Source of the DNA: Utricularia gibba
Lineage: Eukaryota; Plantae; Magnoliophyta
Length of the DNA stretch: 64,000 nucleotides
Reading direction: 5' to 3'
Assembly: GCA_002189035.1 (NCBI GenBank)
Contig: NEEC01000021.1
Coordinates: 496,001-560,000 of the forward strand
A program made the position numbers and the translations under genes. Shown here piece by piece: positions 49,470 through 63,130 of the stretch (the stretch's first letter is position 1; every line of letters starts with the position of its first letter). The notes below the pieces were generated by a model. It ran no database searches. It was not told the DNA's origin and worked only from the letters and a program-made list of their open reading frames with translations.

Positions 49470-52400
49470 CTATGCACTTGCTGAGATGGAGACAGCATTG
49501 AGTTCGACATGCTTAACGCCATCTTCTTCAGCTGTAAGTGTGAAAGTAGCTGCGACAGCTTCCTCTTGCACAGTTTTATTACCAGCCGCATGAATGGCAA
49601 TTGATCCCGAAAGCTCAACCTCTGATGTGCATTCTTGGTCATCACCGATAAGTTCCCATTCTTCTCTTAGAGTGGTGACTTGGAGGCCACCGGATTTCAG
49701 TGTGTCTATCTCGAAAGCAGTGGGCAGAATCACATAATCGTTGAGTGGATTGTAGAAAGGATCATGATCTGCCTTCAACCAGTGTTTCAGGATTCGGAAT
49801 ACATGCCGATCACAGAGTATTCCCCTGTGATCCCCAGGTACTCCGACCCGTGCTTCCGCACAAAGGCCATCTGCCTGAAAAGTTTATGATGAGCAAGAGA
49901 ATTTAGTACAGAATTACTGCTGTGGTAAGAGTAAAGCAACTTGGGTGTAATGTAAATGAACATACTATTGCAGATTCCACAGGAACGGTTCCATCCCCAT
50001 CCACGTAAATGTATTTCCCCTGTAAGATGACAATTGAAACCTGAGCCAGTTATTTAAAAAAAAAAAAACTGATGATTTAGTGAATATCTCGATCAGTATT
50101 TGATGGTCTGAATGGATTAAGAAAATAATACTGGTGAAGAGGTTCTTCTTCAACGGAGTTTACCTGGAGTGATGGTAATTGTAGTAAATCAGATACAGGA
50201 GCAGCCTCAGTTCCATAGCTGCAAGGAAAATTCCAAGACAGTAAAGTTGCATCACGAAACAGAATATCTAGAAGCGAAGTAATGTCAAAATTAGAATTGA
50301 CTACAAAGAAAACTTTACCAAACAGAGTGAGCTGTCTCGTTACTGGTGCCATAAATGTTGTAGAATTTGATCTCATCTGGAACCACAGCAGAACCAAGTA
50401 CCTTGCAAGTCTCATTGGCCCATTTTAAGATATCCATGTTGAATGGCATGGAAATATCTTCACCACCATACGTGACCTGCAGTGCACATCCACAAGCTGA
50501 TGTTTAGCTGTTAAAAGAATGTGAAAAATTGTAACGTGGCAAGACTCTACAAATACATGATGAGGCCACCAGATAAATTCCAGAAAGAATTCAAGATCTC
50601 GGATCATCTACACTTTAAAAGCCCTTTTGTAATAAGGGAGAAAACAGCTGAAAAGGGCTTTGGATTTACAAGACATCCATAGACAAATAGTGTGCTCATA
50701 AGAATAGAACACACAGCTTGATAACATCCGCATAAATCACAATTGATTTGTTACCATTTTATATTCACAGTTTCCAGTGGTTGCAACTCACCTTGTTCTC
50801 AGAGAGAGCTTCAGCAAAAACCTGTATAGCTTCTGATGGAGGATAGGACTCTAGCAACACGGAGGAGTTCCCATTGGTATCAGATTTCTTTCTCCATATT
50901 TCAAGAAGTGGAATGTGCTCCCACTTAAAATCTAAGCATGCCATCAGCTCATAAATAGATGGGCATTCGATTAGCTGAAATGCACGATTAAACAGCTGTT
51001 ATCTAATGGATGAGAGGTACAGAGACAGAGAGAGACATCTTGCACCAAGAGCCACAGAAAGTGGTGTATTCTTAAGAGTGCAAAAGAAAAACAATGAAAT
51101 TTAGGAACGCCCAATTTAGGAATACCATGGGCTGAGATTGCAAAAAAATATCAAATTTTGCCTAAGGGCATCTATGGACATTTCCAAGAACAAAAAATGA
51201 GGAAAAAGGAATTTGAAGCAGTATCAACTTAGGCCCAAAAGCTAGTTCTCAAGCCAGCGTTGAAATGGAAATTAGTGCCTTCAAATTTATAATTATTTAA
51301 TTACCGACATCTAAAAAATGCTCCAAGGAACATTAAGTCCGATGGAAGCAAACATAAATAGGACGATAAAGAGTTAGTACCAATTGATGCATACTCCACT
51401 TTTTGATGAAGAAATTCTCTTTCCAACCCTCCACGAAAGATGCTCCATTCAGTAAAGTAGAAGTTATATATCCAGGTGCACCTTTTTGAACAAAATAAAG
51501 ATAAAATGTCTTTACGAAAGACCATAAAAAAAGTACAGTGTACGAGTGACAAATCCATACAAAGAGAATGTTTGAACAAGATAACAGTTGTGAAGGTTGT
51601 TTGCAATGGATAAAGACTCATCATTCTTATTATGATCAATATTTTTTTGTACAAAAATAAACCATACGATTAATTAATGTGTCTCATTGAGGGTTAAGAA
51701 TCAAATAATAATCATTACCTTGAAAAGGAGCCGCTATAGCAATCCAGCTATTAACATACTTTTTAAAAACCTGAAAGTCCATTCAATAAAAAGAAAATAT
51801 TAATATTGAACAGTCAAGCCTACTAAAAGTTGATGATGAAAAGTAGACGACTACAAACTCGAAGGGTTTACATCGGTGTGCAGGCTCATGAAACATTTCG
51901 TCAGAAGGCCACCCATTGAATGGGTTATAATGTTTATTTTCCTTCCACCGGAGGCAGCATATATTGTTTCAAGTTTAGATGCTAAACGATCCAGCGTATC
52001 CTGCAACCTGAGAAAAAAATAGATAGACATCTGAGCAAGATTTAGTGAGGTTAAGCGGCACATTCCTATATATACACAATAATTATAAATCTCAATAACA
52101 AGAATCCAAAATCTACCATGGAAAACTACTTCTCTCACATGACAACATCGCAAGCCAATATTTTGAAAACACACCTTATCTGCTGAATACAGGGTTGACT
52201 GAACGAAACTCATCAAATAAACTAGTTTCACATGGGGATGACCGTTACCGATTACTTTGGCGAAAATCATATCCAAACCCAAACAATGTCGTCCCTTCTT
52301 GATAACCCCAATTTAGAAATTCAACTATCATGTCATGGAAATAATATACACAGTCACCACCAAGAGCCTGCGAAATAATCAAGAAAAATAGTCGTGATCC

Positions 52401-53022
52401 AGAAAAACTAAGTGAGGAAGATAAGGAGAATAACTTGAATTGAATAAACTTTAGCATGTATAATGGGGTACATGCAATACTGGGAAAAACAAAATGAGGT
52501 GGCAGTTACAAACAGTCACCATGTCAGGATCTAACTTGTCAATTGCATATAGGCCAAATCTATCCTGCGGAACCTCGACATTGATGTCAGCATCCAAGCT
52601 CACAGTTTTTCCTGTTTAATGAAGGAAATACAATGAATTATATATTTGCCGATAATATCAGCCCTCATGTACTCTCCCGGTAGAAGAGCAAGTGCTTGTT
52701 TTCATAATTTTTTCACAAAATTCCAAGTAAAAGTTACTGGAAATATAGAGTAAGCAGCATAATATGACCGACCTGTGGTAGGATCGTAGCGAGACCAGAG
52801 TTTATCGCGGAACTCGTGATCAGCCCCAAGAATCCGAACCCAAACGCGCTCAGTTTTACCCGTCTTCGTATCAACTGCGTTGAGAATGGAACCGGCAATT
52901 CCAGGCACGAGAAGAACCGGGTTCAGCGTCGGATCGACAACAGCCTTCTCCTGATTTCTCTTCGTGATAAGCTTGATAAGTAACTCCACAGACTTAACTA
53001 CATCCTCCAACAATACCGCCAT
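49470..53022 (-). CDS. LCAT4: Lecithin:cholesterol acyltransferase-like 4 / phospholipase A, multi-exon
   Basis: MAVLLEDVVKSVE...DPTLNPVLLVPGIAGSIL...ERVWVRILGAD, LFGFGYDFRQSNR, lipase box NIITHSMGGLLTKCF, WIAIAAPF; ends VELNAVSISASA-TAG at 49470. Confidence 0.93.
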
Positions 53023-53377
53023 ACCCTGCCTATGAGAGTTCCGCTCAACACGTCTCTCTCCGCCTCCGGAGACAACGAGAAGTCAACTAAGTGCTGCGAA
53101 AGAAGAGATTTTCGATTCCCCAAATCAGCACCAACAATCGAAGAGTATTAACACATGAAGTTGCCGTAAGGTTGGCTCTCCGATCCCGATCAAAAACCTC
53201 CACACAGACGGTACCGCCGGTTTTTTTTTTTTTTTTTTTTTTTTTGTTTTCTTTGGGCCACAGAAATGGTAGCCAATCAATATAAGTTACCAACTAGACA
53301 ACCGCGAGCGCGCAATAAATTCGTGTAATATTCTGTGAATGAGAAATTATTTAATAATTAATTTATCACATTAATGT

Positions 53378-53450
53378 GCCGTCTTAGCTCAGTTGGTAGA
53401 GCGCGTGGCTTTTAACCACGTGGTCGTGGGTTCGAGTCCCACAGACGGCG
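53378..53450 (+). tRNA. trnK-UUU: tRNA-Lys, anticodon UUU
   Basis: 73 nt; acceptor stem GCCGTCT/AGACGGC, D arm AGCTCAGTTGGTAGAGC, anticodon arm CGTGG-CTTTTAA-CCACG, T arm GGTTCGAGTCC. Confidence 0.98.
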
Positions 53451-53453
53451 TTG

Positions 53454-53460
53454 TTTTTTT
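53454..53460 (+). terminator. RNA polymerase III oligo-T terminator of tRNA-Lys
   Basis: T7 run 3 nt after the tRNA 3' end. Confidence 0.85.
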
Positions 53461-53553
53461 AATTTTCATTTTTCCAATTTTTTATCCTTCTGAATTATCC
53501 GGAAAAAAAGAATTTGTAAATTCTATGCGGCGCAATTGCAACGCTGGACATCT

Positions 53554-54669
53554 ATGGCGATTGTCGGCCGCGCTCAAAATTTCCTTATCGCCTCAGATTT
53601 CTCCATTCTCCGGCGAACAACGGCCGGCGCTTGCTGTCATGCTGATTCACTCTCCTCACGCTGGCTCTCACTGACAAGACGACGCGCTGTCTCCCTCCTC
53701 ACACTTACCACTTTATTCCCTTACTCTCCGAATCGCGCTCTATCGGAATCACAGCCCCAATTATCATTATCAAAATTCGTAGAGCTTCCCGATTCTGGCG
53801 GTGTCCGTGTTCTGGATCTCCGCGTCAGTGACCACGGCGAGACACCCTCCGACGGGGACACGGTGAGTTAATAATAGAACTCCTTTGGTTGTTTGTTTTC
53901 CTTTTCCATGAGCCTAAGCTTGAATATTTGATCAGGTTGTGATACATTACTATGGACGATTAACCGCAAAGCAAGGATGGCGATTCGATTCAACGTATGA
54001 TCACAGAGATTCAAATGGGGAACCAATTCCCTTCACCTTCATCCTTGGCTCACAAAAGGTAACTAAAACAACGAATTAGGGTTACGTTACCAATCCAACT
54101 AGGATCTATCGCATTCATCCCTGATCAGATGTTTGAATTGATAGTTCAGGTCATATCTGGAATCCAGTCAGCTGTAAGATCAATGAAAGTCGGTGGTATT
54201 CGCAGAATCATCATCCCTCCTTCTCAAGGGTATCAGAGCACCTCTCAAGAGCCACTGCCACCCAATGTCAGTACTTTCCCTTTCTCTCCAATCAATGAAT
54301 TGCCTATTCAGTTTCATGCTTGTGTCACTTGGATCAGAAGAGTCCCTTTTGTGTTATGAATGTTTTATCCGATCATGTACTTTGAAGCAACTCTTTGAAA
54401 CCATATAAAACACAGCATTTTGCAGTGCCTGTGAAGGAAAGAATATAGAAAGTGGAGGGGCGTGAACATTGATTGATAGACACTGCACATGTGATTTGCT
54501 TTCATTGAAGCTTATATTTGGTCTTTGAACTGCGCAGTTTTTTGACCGGCAGAGGCTGTTTACGACCATCTTTAATCCTACACGCTTGGCTAATGGCGAA
54601 GGTTCTACTCTGGGAACTCTTGTGTTTGACATTGAGCTTCTTTCCCTCAGACACCCAACAAAAGACTGA
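53554..54669 (+). CDS. FKBP16-1: Chloroplast thylakoid-lumen FKBP-type peptidyl-prolyl isomerase (FKBP16-1-like), 4 exons
   Basis: Transit peptide with twin-Arg-like TRRRAVSLL; VIHYYGRLTAKQGWRFDSTYDH, VISGIQSAVRSMKVGGIRRIIIPPSQGYQSTSQEPLPPN|FFDRQRLFTTIFNPTRLANGEGSTLGTLVFDIELL; TGA at 54669. Confidence 0.92.
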
Positions 54670-54736
54670 TGCTAAAACATGGGAGATTTGCCTACTTATT
54701 TCTAAAGACAAACAGAGCAGCTTTGCCTTACGATCA

Positions 54737-55378
54737 TCATCTAAACCACTGCACTAAGGAAACTGGTTGTGGGGGAGGGAAAGAAAGCATTGATCCTGCT
54801 GCTGCCGCCGCCGCCGCCGCTGCCGCTTTGAAGGTACGGGTATTATCGTGCATAGGAGGATCCAGCATCTCTTCTTCATCTTCTTCTTCTTCGTCACAGG
54901 CGGCAGTTGCAGCAGCAGGCACCTTCTTACGCTTCTTCTTCTCGTAAGCGATCCCTCTAGCCTTGGCCTGCGATTCTCTAACTTCCCTCAGGTACAGCCT
55001 CACGGCGCGCGTCCCAAACGGGTTCGCCTCCGTCTTCCCGCCGTTCTCCTCATAGGCGGCGCGTAGTCGGCCCACGAGCGCGTCCAGGCTCCCCCACGCC
55101 TGCCTCAACGGACACGGGCACGGGGACGGGGGATGAGGAAAGCCGTAGAACGGGCAGAGCGCAGTGTGCACCCTCGTCTTCCCGAACTGGTCGAGGTGGC
55201 GTAGGAACTCAAGAATGTGCGCGCCGCTGCACCGCGAAAGCTGAAGCGGCGGCTTATGGTTTTTCAGGTAGTGGCCGAAGGTGTTCCAGTCCCTCCGCTT
55301 CTGAGACTCGTAGCGGCTGACCGCCTTCTGTGTCCGGCCCATGTTCTCCGGCACGGCGGCACTCCCACTCCTCCCCAT
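54737..55378 (-). CDS. LSH: ALOG-family (LSH/G1-like) transcriptional regulator, single exon
   Basis: [102 protein letters not shown]. First ATG at 55378. Confidence 0.96.
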   Translation of the reverse strand: MGRSGSAAVPENMGRTQKAVSRYESQKRRDWNTFGHYLKNHKPPLQLSRCSGAHILEFLRHLDQFGKTRVHTALCPFYGFPHPPSPCPCPLRQAWGSLDALVGRLRAAYEENGGKTEANPFGTRAVRLYLREVRESQAKARGIAYEKKKRKKVPAAATAACDEEEEDEEEMLDPPMHDNTRTFKAAAAAAAAAAGSMLSFPPPQPVSLVQWFR

Positions 55379-55919
55379 CCAGAAAGAGTCAACGAAGGAG
55401 GAGGGTGTGGATCCCTGAAACTTTAAGCGCGCAGAGGACAAAGAAGAACGGCAAAAGGACTGAAAACGTCGGTTCGCGATGTCTTATCAAACTTAAATTT
55501 TCTTCGCTGCTGCTGCGTTGCATGCAATTTTGCCGAAGTGTTGTACACGGAAGTGGAATGGAATGACTCGACGGGCAGGGCGCGTCAGAGCGTTTTTCTT
55601 TTTCTTTTTCTTTTTTTTATTAGCACAAAAAATTCCAAAATACGACGCATGGACGTCACTTCGGGCCACCCCTTGACACTGACATCACGCCCCCATTCAT
55701 AAGAGTTGCTATTTCCAGTACATCTCCTTTTCTAAATACAATTCTCTCTTTTTTTTTTAATTTATTATTGGGAGGGTAAAAATGGTAAAACACACTAACT
55801 TTTGTTCTAAAAATAACAATTTTCAATCTACTAGATCAAGTTCATCTCTAAATCTTTCAAATCAGTAGAGAGGTAGAGCTTTTGTAAATACATATTTTGC
55901 CTCATGATTGAGCAATATC

Positions 55920-56250
55920 TAACTATGCTTTGCATTCCAACTTATTTTGGGTGATACATACTTGAAGATGTATCCAAAGTGCTCCTAAAATATTTAGACT
56001 AACACATTGGATATGAAATGAGGTGACAAATTTAGTTGATGGAAGATGCTCAACATTGTTATCTAATAAGTTGATACTTCCTAGTTTTGCTTTTCTATTG
56101 CATCTTACTTTATTTATAAAGTAGACTTGCATCTATGATTGTTGATCCTTTTTCTTCTAACATGACAATTATTGCCTTTCAAGACAATCATGATGGTGTT
56201 TCATCCACTTGGAATCCATGATCGTGCTTTTATAAAGTCCATCAAGTAAA
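55920..56250 (-). mobile_element. Decayed Ty3/gypsy integrase fragment
   Basis: Minus strand MDFIKARSWIPSG*NTIMIVL (from 56242) and SSMYHPK (about 55960-55945) are in the order and rough spacing of gypsy integrase MDFIxGLP..G.DTILVVVD and STAYHPQ. Confidence 0.45.
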
Positions 56251-58278
56251 ACCAAAAAATTAATAAAATATATATTTTAGAAAAATTCATTGATAAAACA
56301 TCGAAGGTTGAAAGAATGTTTACAAAATACGCGTTTGTTCCAGACTTTTCATATCTATTGGGGTACATAATGAAGGATAGATATGTCAAATCTTTAACAT
56401 TAATGTAACTTATAGTATAGGAATCAGTGTTGTAAAATGTGGCACATAATAAAATATTATCACAATCCATTGTAATTTTTAGCTCATTTTGTCTTCAATA
56501 GTTTTCTCTAGTAAAACTTTCATTTCACTGTTATGATTTTCACCAATTATAAAGCATATGCATGGCGTATTGATAAATCATCCAATATCGGTCTTTCAAT
56601 ATACAATTTCATTGTAACTTTGGTTATTGGTTTCAGAATCGGGTTATTAAATGTAAAGTTTAGATTGAAGGTCAAGAAACCAAAAAAAATGAAAGAGAAT
56701 GAATTATAGGAACACTTTTTAAATGAAATCTAAAAATCATAGAATGAAGAGGAAGGAGGAAATGATGGATATTGAGGGAAGGAGGGATGAATTAATTTTA
56801 TAACTCTATTCATCTTGAATAAATTTATTTTACAACTCATTCAAATGAATTAACAATGAAATCTTACATAATCTAAGATAATCACTTTAAGATTCATATT
56901 TTACAAAAAAAAACATGTATTTTACTAACGTTTTCTTTATTCGAAATATTTTGTCAATTCATATTTTTTAAATATGTATTTTATCAATCTAATCCTAAAA
57001 AATTGTAATATTTTGTGGAGCCTTCTTGACACAAAAAGACTCAATGAACCATCTCCAAGGTTTGGAAATGGTTCTCGATTGAGACTCTATTACAACTTCA
57101 CACAAAGAGGAGGTAAAACCACTCCCTTTGTTTTCGTGAGAAGAATGAGATGATGCAACAAACAATACAATTAATTTGCTCACTTGTATGTTTTGAAAAA
57201 TAAGGACATTTTTTAACAATGAAATTCTCTCTTAATAAAGTAAAATAAAGATAAATCATAGAATATGTAAACTAATCTTAACTAACAAAATAGTAAAAAC
57301 TTATCATAAACACATAAAAATCGTGATACCTATTATGAAAAATTAAAAATTAATAAATAACTTTTGAACATTTTCAATGATTATTTTGAAATTTTAAATG
57401 AGAATGGAACATATGGACACATTATCTTGACATGAAAAACTTCAAAATAAATCATTTAAAGTGCATGAATAGTTTTCAAACTTTGTTCTAACAAATCTTT
57501 ATAACCCCATCATTCACTCTCTTTTGTTTGCTTCCGATGTGGGATAGAAAATCTACCATATTACATCATGTATTTGACATCAAAAGTTCCTACTGTTTAT
57601 AAAAAATGATACATTTTAATTCCTAATATTTAATTAAAATGATGCCTTAATTTATATTGGTATAATTAATCACCATTGTTTGATATAGCGTACGTACTCG
57701 ATGCCCAATGTTTGATCAAAATTATTTTAATATTTTCTATTTTGGGTAAGAAAGTATTTTATAATCATTGTTTAAATATGATATATAATTAATATTTTTA
57801 TTTAAAAATCGGATATAATTAATTTTTCATTTATTAAAATTGTTCACCACCCGTGCAATATAGCATGGTGATAAGTGGACTAGAGTTGCAATCAGTTGGA
57901 TGGTTCTGGTTTCGATTCGGTTCATAATTTTGAGTTTTTGTATTATTTCGAAATTGGAACCATATGGTTTAGGACCAGTTCGGTATTTATGGAAATGAAA
58001 CACCACAATTCCATACCATTTGCAACCAATAGAATCAATGATTCGAAACCATAGAATAGTTGGTTTCAATTGTATATTAAAAAAATCATCCAACTGTTAT
58101 CTTTTTTTAATATAGACAAATTGAGATACAAAATTAGAATTTCATAATATGAATCAATTTATCCTAATAAAAAAAATAATGATTAATTTTCGTTGATTTT
58201 AAAATAATAAAAACAGGTTATGTATGATTTATCAATTTGGACTATTGAGGCCACTATTCACTCAATTTTTTTCTCATG

Positions 58279-59613
58279 TTACACCAGAGCCACGCACAAG
58301 GCAGCAAATAGGAAGAAGCGGAAAGCTCGGGCTCCGGTCGCGGAGGATGTCGACAACTCGACGCGGATGTCATCCACCACCGGGCCGCACAGCGAGCTCA
58401 TGTCATCGCTCCTTGTGTTGTAGTAGATGCTGTAGAAGGCGATGCGTGTCTTCTCTGCTCTCGCCATGAAATTAACGCCGGCGGATTGAAACGTGGAGTT
58501 CGAATCGAGGCTGTAATGGATGTTCCTCGCCTGGTCGCCGGCGAAGGCCATCACTGCTAGAGGCTGCTTGCAGGAATCGGACGCGTGGCCGATGGAGAAA
58601 CTCATCGTGTATGCTTTATTCGGTTGAGTTTTCAGTGTCTGAGAGATGATGCCTTCCTTGCCGGAGAGGAGTTCTACTGCCCGCCGTCCGCCGGGTACCG
58701 TGAAATGACGCGAATCGATGTAGCGAACGGCGCGGTTGGATTCCACTGTCCATCCCGGAAGAGAGGAAGTGGTGAGGTCGAGATTCGTCGGCGGGAGGAG
58801 AACTCCTAGGGATTCGTTTCGCATCAGCCATGGGCCTTCCTCGAAATCTCCGTTCACCACCGCGTTGCCTGCCGAAACCCTAACACATCAGGCCCGTATT
58901 AGATGGATTGGGCGCTTTTACTGCACATACCTTTGGGCTTTGCGGGGAAAAAGAGCTTCTTGATGGCGATGTCGTCGATGATGGGTCCGCAAGAGGGGTC
59001 ATCCTCCATTCCGGGGTTTCTGAAGCGCACCGTGGCGTCCACCGTCGCCGCCGTGAAAGCCCAAGCGTAGGAATCCCAGCCCTGAACACTGTACAGAGTC
59101 TGAAGGTCGATGCTCTGAGCCGCCGGCGGGACGGAGACGCTGAGGGACTCAACCTGCGCGCAGGTACGGGCGGCGGCGAAGGTGACTGAATAAGTCGCGC
59201 CTTTCTCCAGCGTCACCTCCTGCCAGATCTCGGCGTCGTTACCCAGCCGGACGGCGTGGGCGCCTCGTGGAACAATGAGAATCATTCCGCCCTGTTTCTC
59301 GCCGGAACCCACCATCTCCACCGCGCCGTTGGTCCTCCACCCCGGAATCATAGGCGGCTCATCGGGGATCCCCGATTTGGAAGCAAAGCCGCCGGAGGGC
59401 GGAGTCTCGAAGTCCCCATTCATCAGTAAGCCTTCAAAACCACAAACGCATCCACAATTTCAGAAGAAATCGCGGCGAAAAGACGAAACGTGCACTAGAT
59501 TAGATACCATCTTCAACAGGCGGATAAGTAGTGGAAGCAGCAGAAGCGCAGAACGGCAAGAGGATGATGAAAAGCGACGGCGGCGCCCATCTGCATTTAG
59601 CGGCGGCAGCCAT
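58279..59613 (-). CDS. DUF642 cell-wall protein with predicted GPI-anchor tail, 3 exons
   Basis: Exons 59613-59508, 59431-58931, 58868-58279. Signal peptide, GLLMNGDFETPP, AVRLGNDAEI, EDDPSCGPIIDDIAIK, VNGDFEEGP, VELLSGKEGII, SLCGPVVDDIRV; ends with SSATGARAFRFFLFAALCVALV. Confidence 0.95.
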
Positions 59614-60942
59614 GAATACGCAGGAGTACCAGAGGGGAGGGAAAATGAGCATTTCTGCGTAGTTCTCTGAAATGGTTCTAAGTAGAAAGGCCACAGACGC
59701 GGAACCCTGGAGTGCGTGACACTCGACTTATCCCTATCGACTTAATTGGGGACAATTACTGGGGTATGTTTTGCTTTCTCTTTTTTTGAAAAAAATATTT
59801 TTTGAAAAAATCATTTCTTGAAAATAAAAACCGTATTTAAATTATGTGTTTTTTTAGAAAGCTTTATTAAAAATATATGTACTTAATAAATGTAATTCTA
59901 AATAAGTAAATAAATAACTTTTTGTTTGACATGAAAATAAGGAAATAAAAATGTGTTGGTCGGTGAAAAAATGGGTTATTACATAGCATAAACAAATAGG
60001 TAGGTGACATATTATGAAATTAGATTTGTTCGTGTTTTTGGTTGATAGGATTATATGGATTTAAAAGTAAGATTATAAATTATAATATATTTATTTGATT
60101 GGTTTAAATAAATTCAGAATTATATGATTTTTTTAATTCCATGTATATGGATTTATTTAAAATTACATACTCTTCTTACTTTGATTAAAACTATTTAATC
60201 TAATTTTTAATCTTTTTAATCTCAATAATTAAACACTACCAAATAAAAATTAATTTCACTATATTATTTTATTTAAATCCAAAAAAATTAAACTCATTTT
60301 ATTCTATTCACATCAACCACACAACACCTAATAGTGAGTTTTGTCATGTCTTTAGCAACTATATTCTCATAATATTTTTTCGTTTATTTATAAAACCTTC
60401 ATGAAATCACTTCATTCCAAAAAAAAAAATCCTTCTAATTTTATACATATACCATCACAACATTATTATCTTGGAAGATTTCTTATTAATATCTTGGATG
60501 TCAATTTGGTTAATGGTAAACAATAAAACTCACAAAGTGTTTTGTTTTAAACTCATTAAACTATTTAAAGCATAATTCTATATAATTAAATCTAACATAA
60601 TTAATTTTATATACTAAATATATTTTAAATTTAAATTCATAAACTGCATTTTATTTAGAAGCTCATAACTTAAATTTGAAAGAAATTATCTCCTTCACTA
60701 CAAAATGTGAATATTTGGTGATGAGTAGATAATTTGTGATTTATAGAAATAATAGAATGACATAAAATTTGGGGTTTTTGATATTATGATGTGCACTACT
60801 ACTAGTATTTTTGGGCAAATGATAGAGCAGCATTCCATTTTGAGTATGTACTTAGGAGCAGCATTCTTCCACGGCATTAATTCATTTCTGAAGTGATTAT
60901 AAAACAGAGCATTTGGGGCGGGTCTTCGGTTCGGTTAGCGGG

Positions 60943-61485
60943 TCAGATAACTCCGATATTCTTGAGGCCGAGCACAACCCCGACCCCAATAATGTGGCCC
61001 ACCGCCCCGCACGCCAGGGTGTCCGCCAACGTGAACCCTGCCGGATCCCCAGTCTGCAGCCCGGACTCCCGATCTACCAGCTTCAGCCCCGCCGTCGCCT
61101 TCCTGTTCGCCGACGGCGCCAGTCCGAATCGCCCAGCGAACAGCATCAAGCTCGTGGTGGTCACCATTATCTGTGCCAGTGCAGCATGTGACATCCCTGT
61201 CATCAAACCAACCCTAGCAGAAAAGCAATTCGAGTACCAAATTGGTGGATGATCCGATGTAATCGCACCGCGCGCCTAGAGCGCCCTGTCCCCGGCGCTT
61301 CGCCGGCTGAACCGAAACCTAGATGAAACAAAACAGCAGCAGCAGCAGATCTGATTAGATGATCAAATTCGAGGAAAAATGCTACGAAGCAGCAGACGAC
61401 GAACCAGAGCTCGGCAGGGTGAAATCGAAGGCAATTGCGGCTTCAGCCCTGCGAATTGGGGGAGGGAGGTGATCGCGGCGGCCAT
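60943..61485 (-). CDS. psaK: Photosystem I subunit K, 3 exons
   Basis: Exons 61485-61405, 61318-61238, 61170-60943. [16 protein letters not shown]|[31 protein letters not shown]...[35 protein letters not shown]. Confidence 0.97.
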
Positions 61486-61649
61486 CGCTGATCGGACGGA
61501 GAAGAGATGGAAGAAGATCTGCTTCAGAGTGCGTAGCAGTTGCAAGTCAGTGAAGGAGGAGTGAGGAATGGATGGGTTGTATACTCGACACTCGCCATAG
61601 CCGCAAGGAAGAGCTGTGGACGTGGTGAGCCCTGAAGATACGTGCACGG

Positions 61650-61698
61650 TGACGTGGCGAGTTGTCATTCGGGAAAGAGTTGCTTCGGATTGGATAAG
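61650..61698 (-). promoter_or_regulatory. Light-responsive module upstream of psaK: C/G-box, CCAAT and I-box core
   Basis: TGACGTGGC 61650-61658, ATTGG 61689-61693, GATAAG 61693-61698, 165-215 bp upstream of the ATG. These are established motifs of photosynthesis-gene promoters. Confidence 0.6.
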
Positions 61699-63130
61699 AT
61701 TTTAGGGTTGTTTCGGGGAAATGTTTTAAAATTTTCGATTCATTTAAAGAATAATATTCAATTTATTTAAAATAATATTTTTTATTTGTATAAATATATT
61801 AAATATAATTCAAAATTATGAAATTCGATAGTATTTAATTCAAATTTATAATTATGAAATCATCGATTATTTCATTTGAATTTATACTTCGATTTAAGTT
61901 CTTTTAGTTATGATTTATAAGATAATTCGATTAATTAATAATATATTAAATTATTGATACTTAAATAAATTATAATTAAATATACTTGGTAAATATATAC
62001 ATTTTGAATGTTATTATCTTTAGTAAATGTATTTAGAATGTATGAAAAAATTAAAATTTAATAGTTTTTTTTATAAATACAATTGATTGACATGATAATT
62101 TAATTAATAAACATATATCATATGATTAAAATTAAAATATATTTATGGCATAACTTTTAGGAATTTATGTTTATAGTCATATCATGCTTGATAGATTTAT
62201 TTATAATAAATAATTTTATGATAATTGATATAGCTCACCCTTTTGAAATTGAAAGATCCAATTTTGGGATTTAAGATAGATTATTTGTGCTTCATAAATA
62301 TATTTTACATCATGGCTTGTAATAAAATATTAGATTCCTTTATTTATTTTAGAATGTGAAGATTTCAATTATTGATTTTTATATTAAAAACTACTAAATT
62401 ATATTATTTATTTAAATTTATAAAACATTTACCAAATGATAAAAGTTTTAAAAAAACAAAAATAGAAGATAAATATAAAAATAAACACCTTTTATTTTAA
62501 AAATATCACCTTCCAAGTCCCATTTATAAAAAAAAAAATATGTAAAATAGCTAAACATCTTTTGTTTAAAACGCTCACCCCCTTAAACATTGGTATACAA
62601 ATTTTAAGAGTGTTTTATAAAACATTTATGTTTTGATAAACTAGTATATCAAACGTATATCATTTATAATACATTTTAAACATATAAACTCTCACACTGA
62701 GTTATACATGTTTTAACATGTATTGAAAAACAAGATTTAATTTCCAACACATTATGTTCATCAATATAAATACAAACATACAAAAAATTGGACACAAACC
62801 TCTTTATCACTTAACCTCTAAACCACACCATTAACAATTAATGTCCCGATAGTACACGATATTTTCCATGTCCAAACCAACCAAATCTGCACATTACTTG
62901 GCTTGATATGAATTAAAATTAACTGTGGTTTAACCAAACCCCAAGAATTCCCACCTTTCCTTTGAGAATCATCTCAGCTCAGACTCCAAAGAGTTGGATT
63001 TCTACATTAGGCCTTCCTAGCAACAGGAACACCTAGTTTGTATACAAAAGCTGATCCAGGAAGTAGTTAATTACCTTTGATTCTCCAGTGCAGGCAGCAG
63101 ATACAGTAAATTTTTGTTTTTTCGTTTTTT

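Noticed and set aside
57890-58070. GGTTC/GAACC-rich stretch as a transposon end
   Set aside because: Only short dispersed sub-repeats; no defined termini or TSD.
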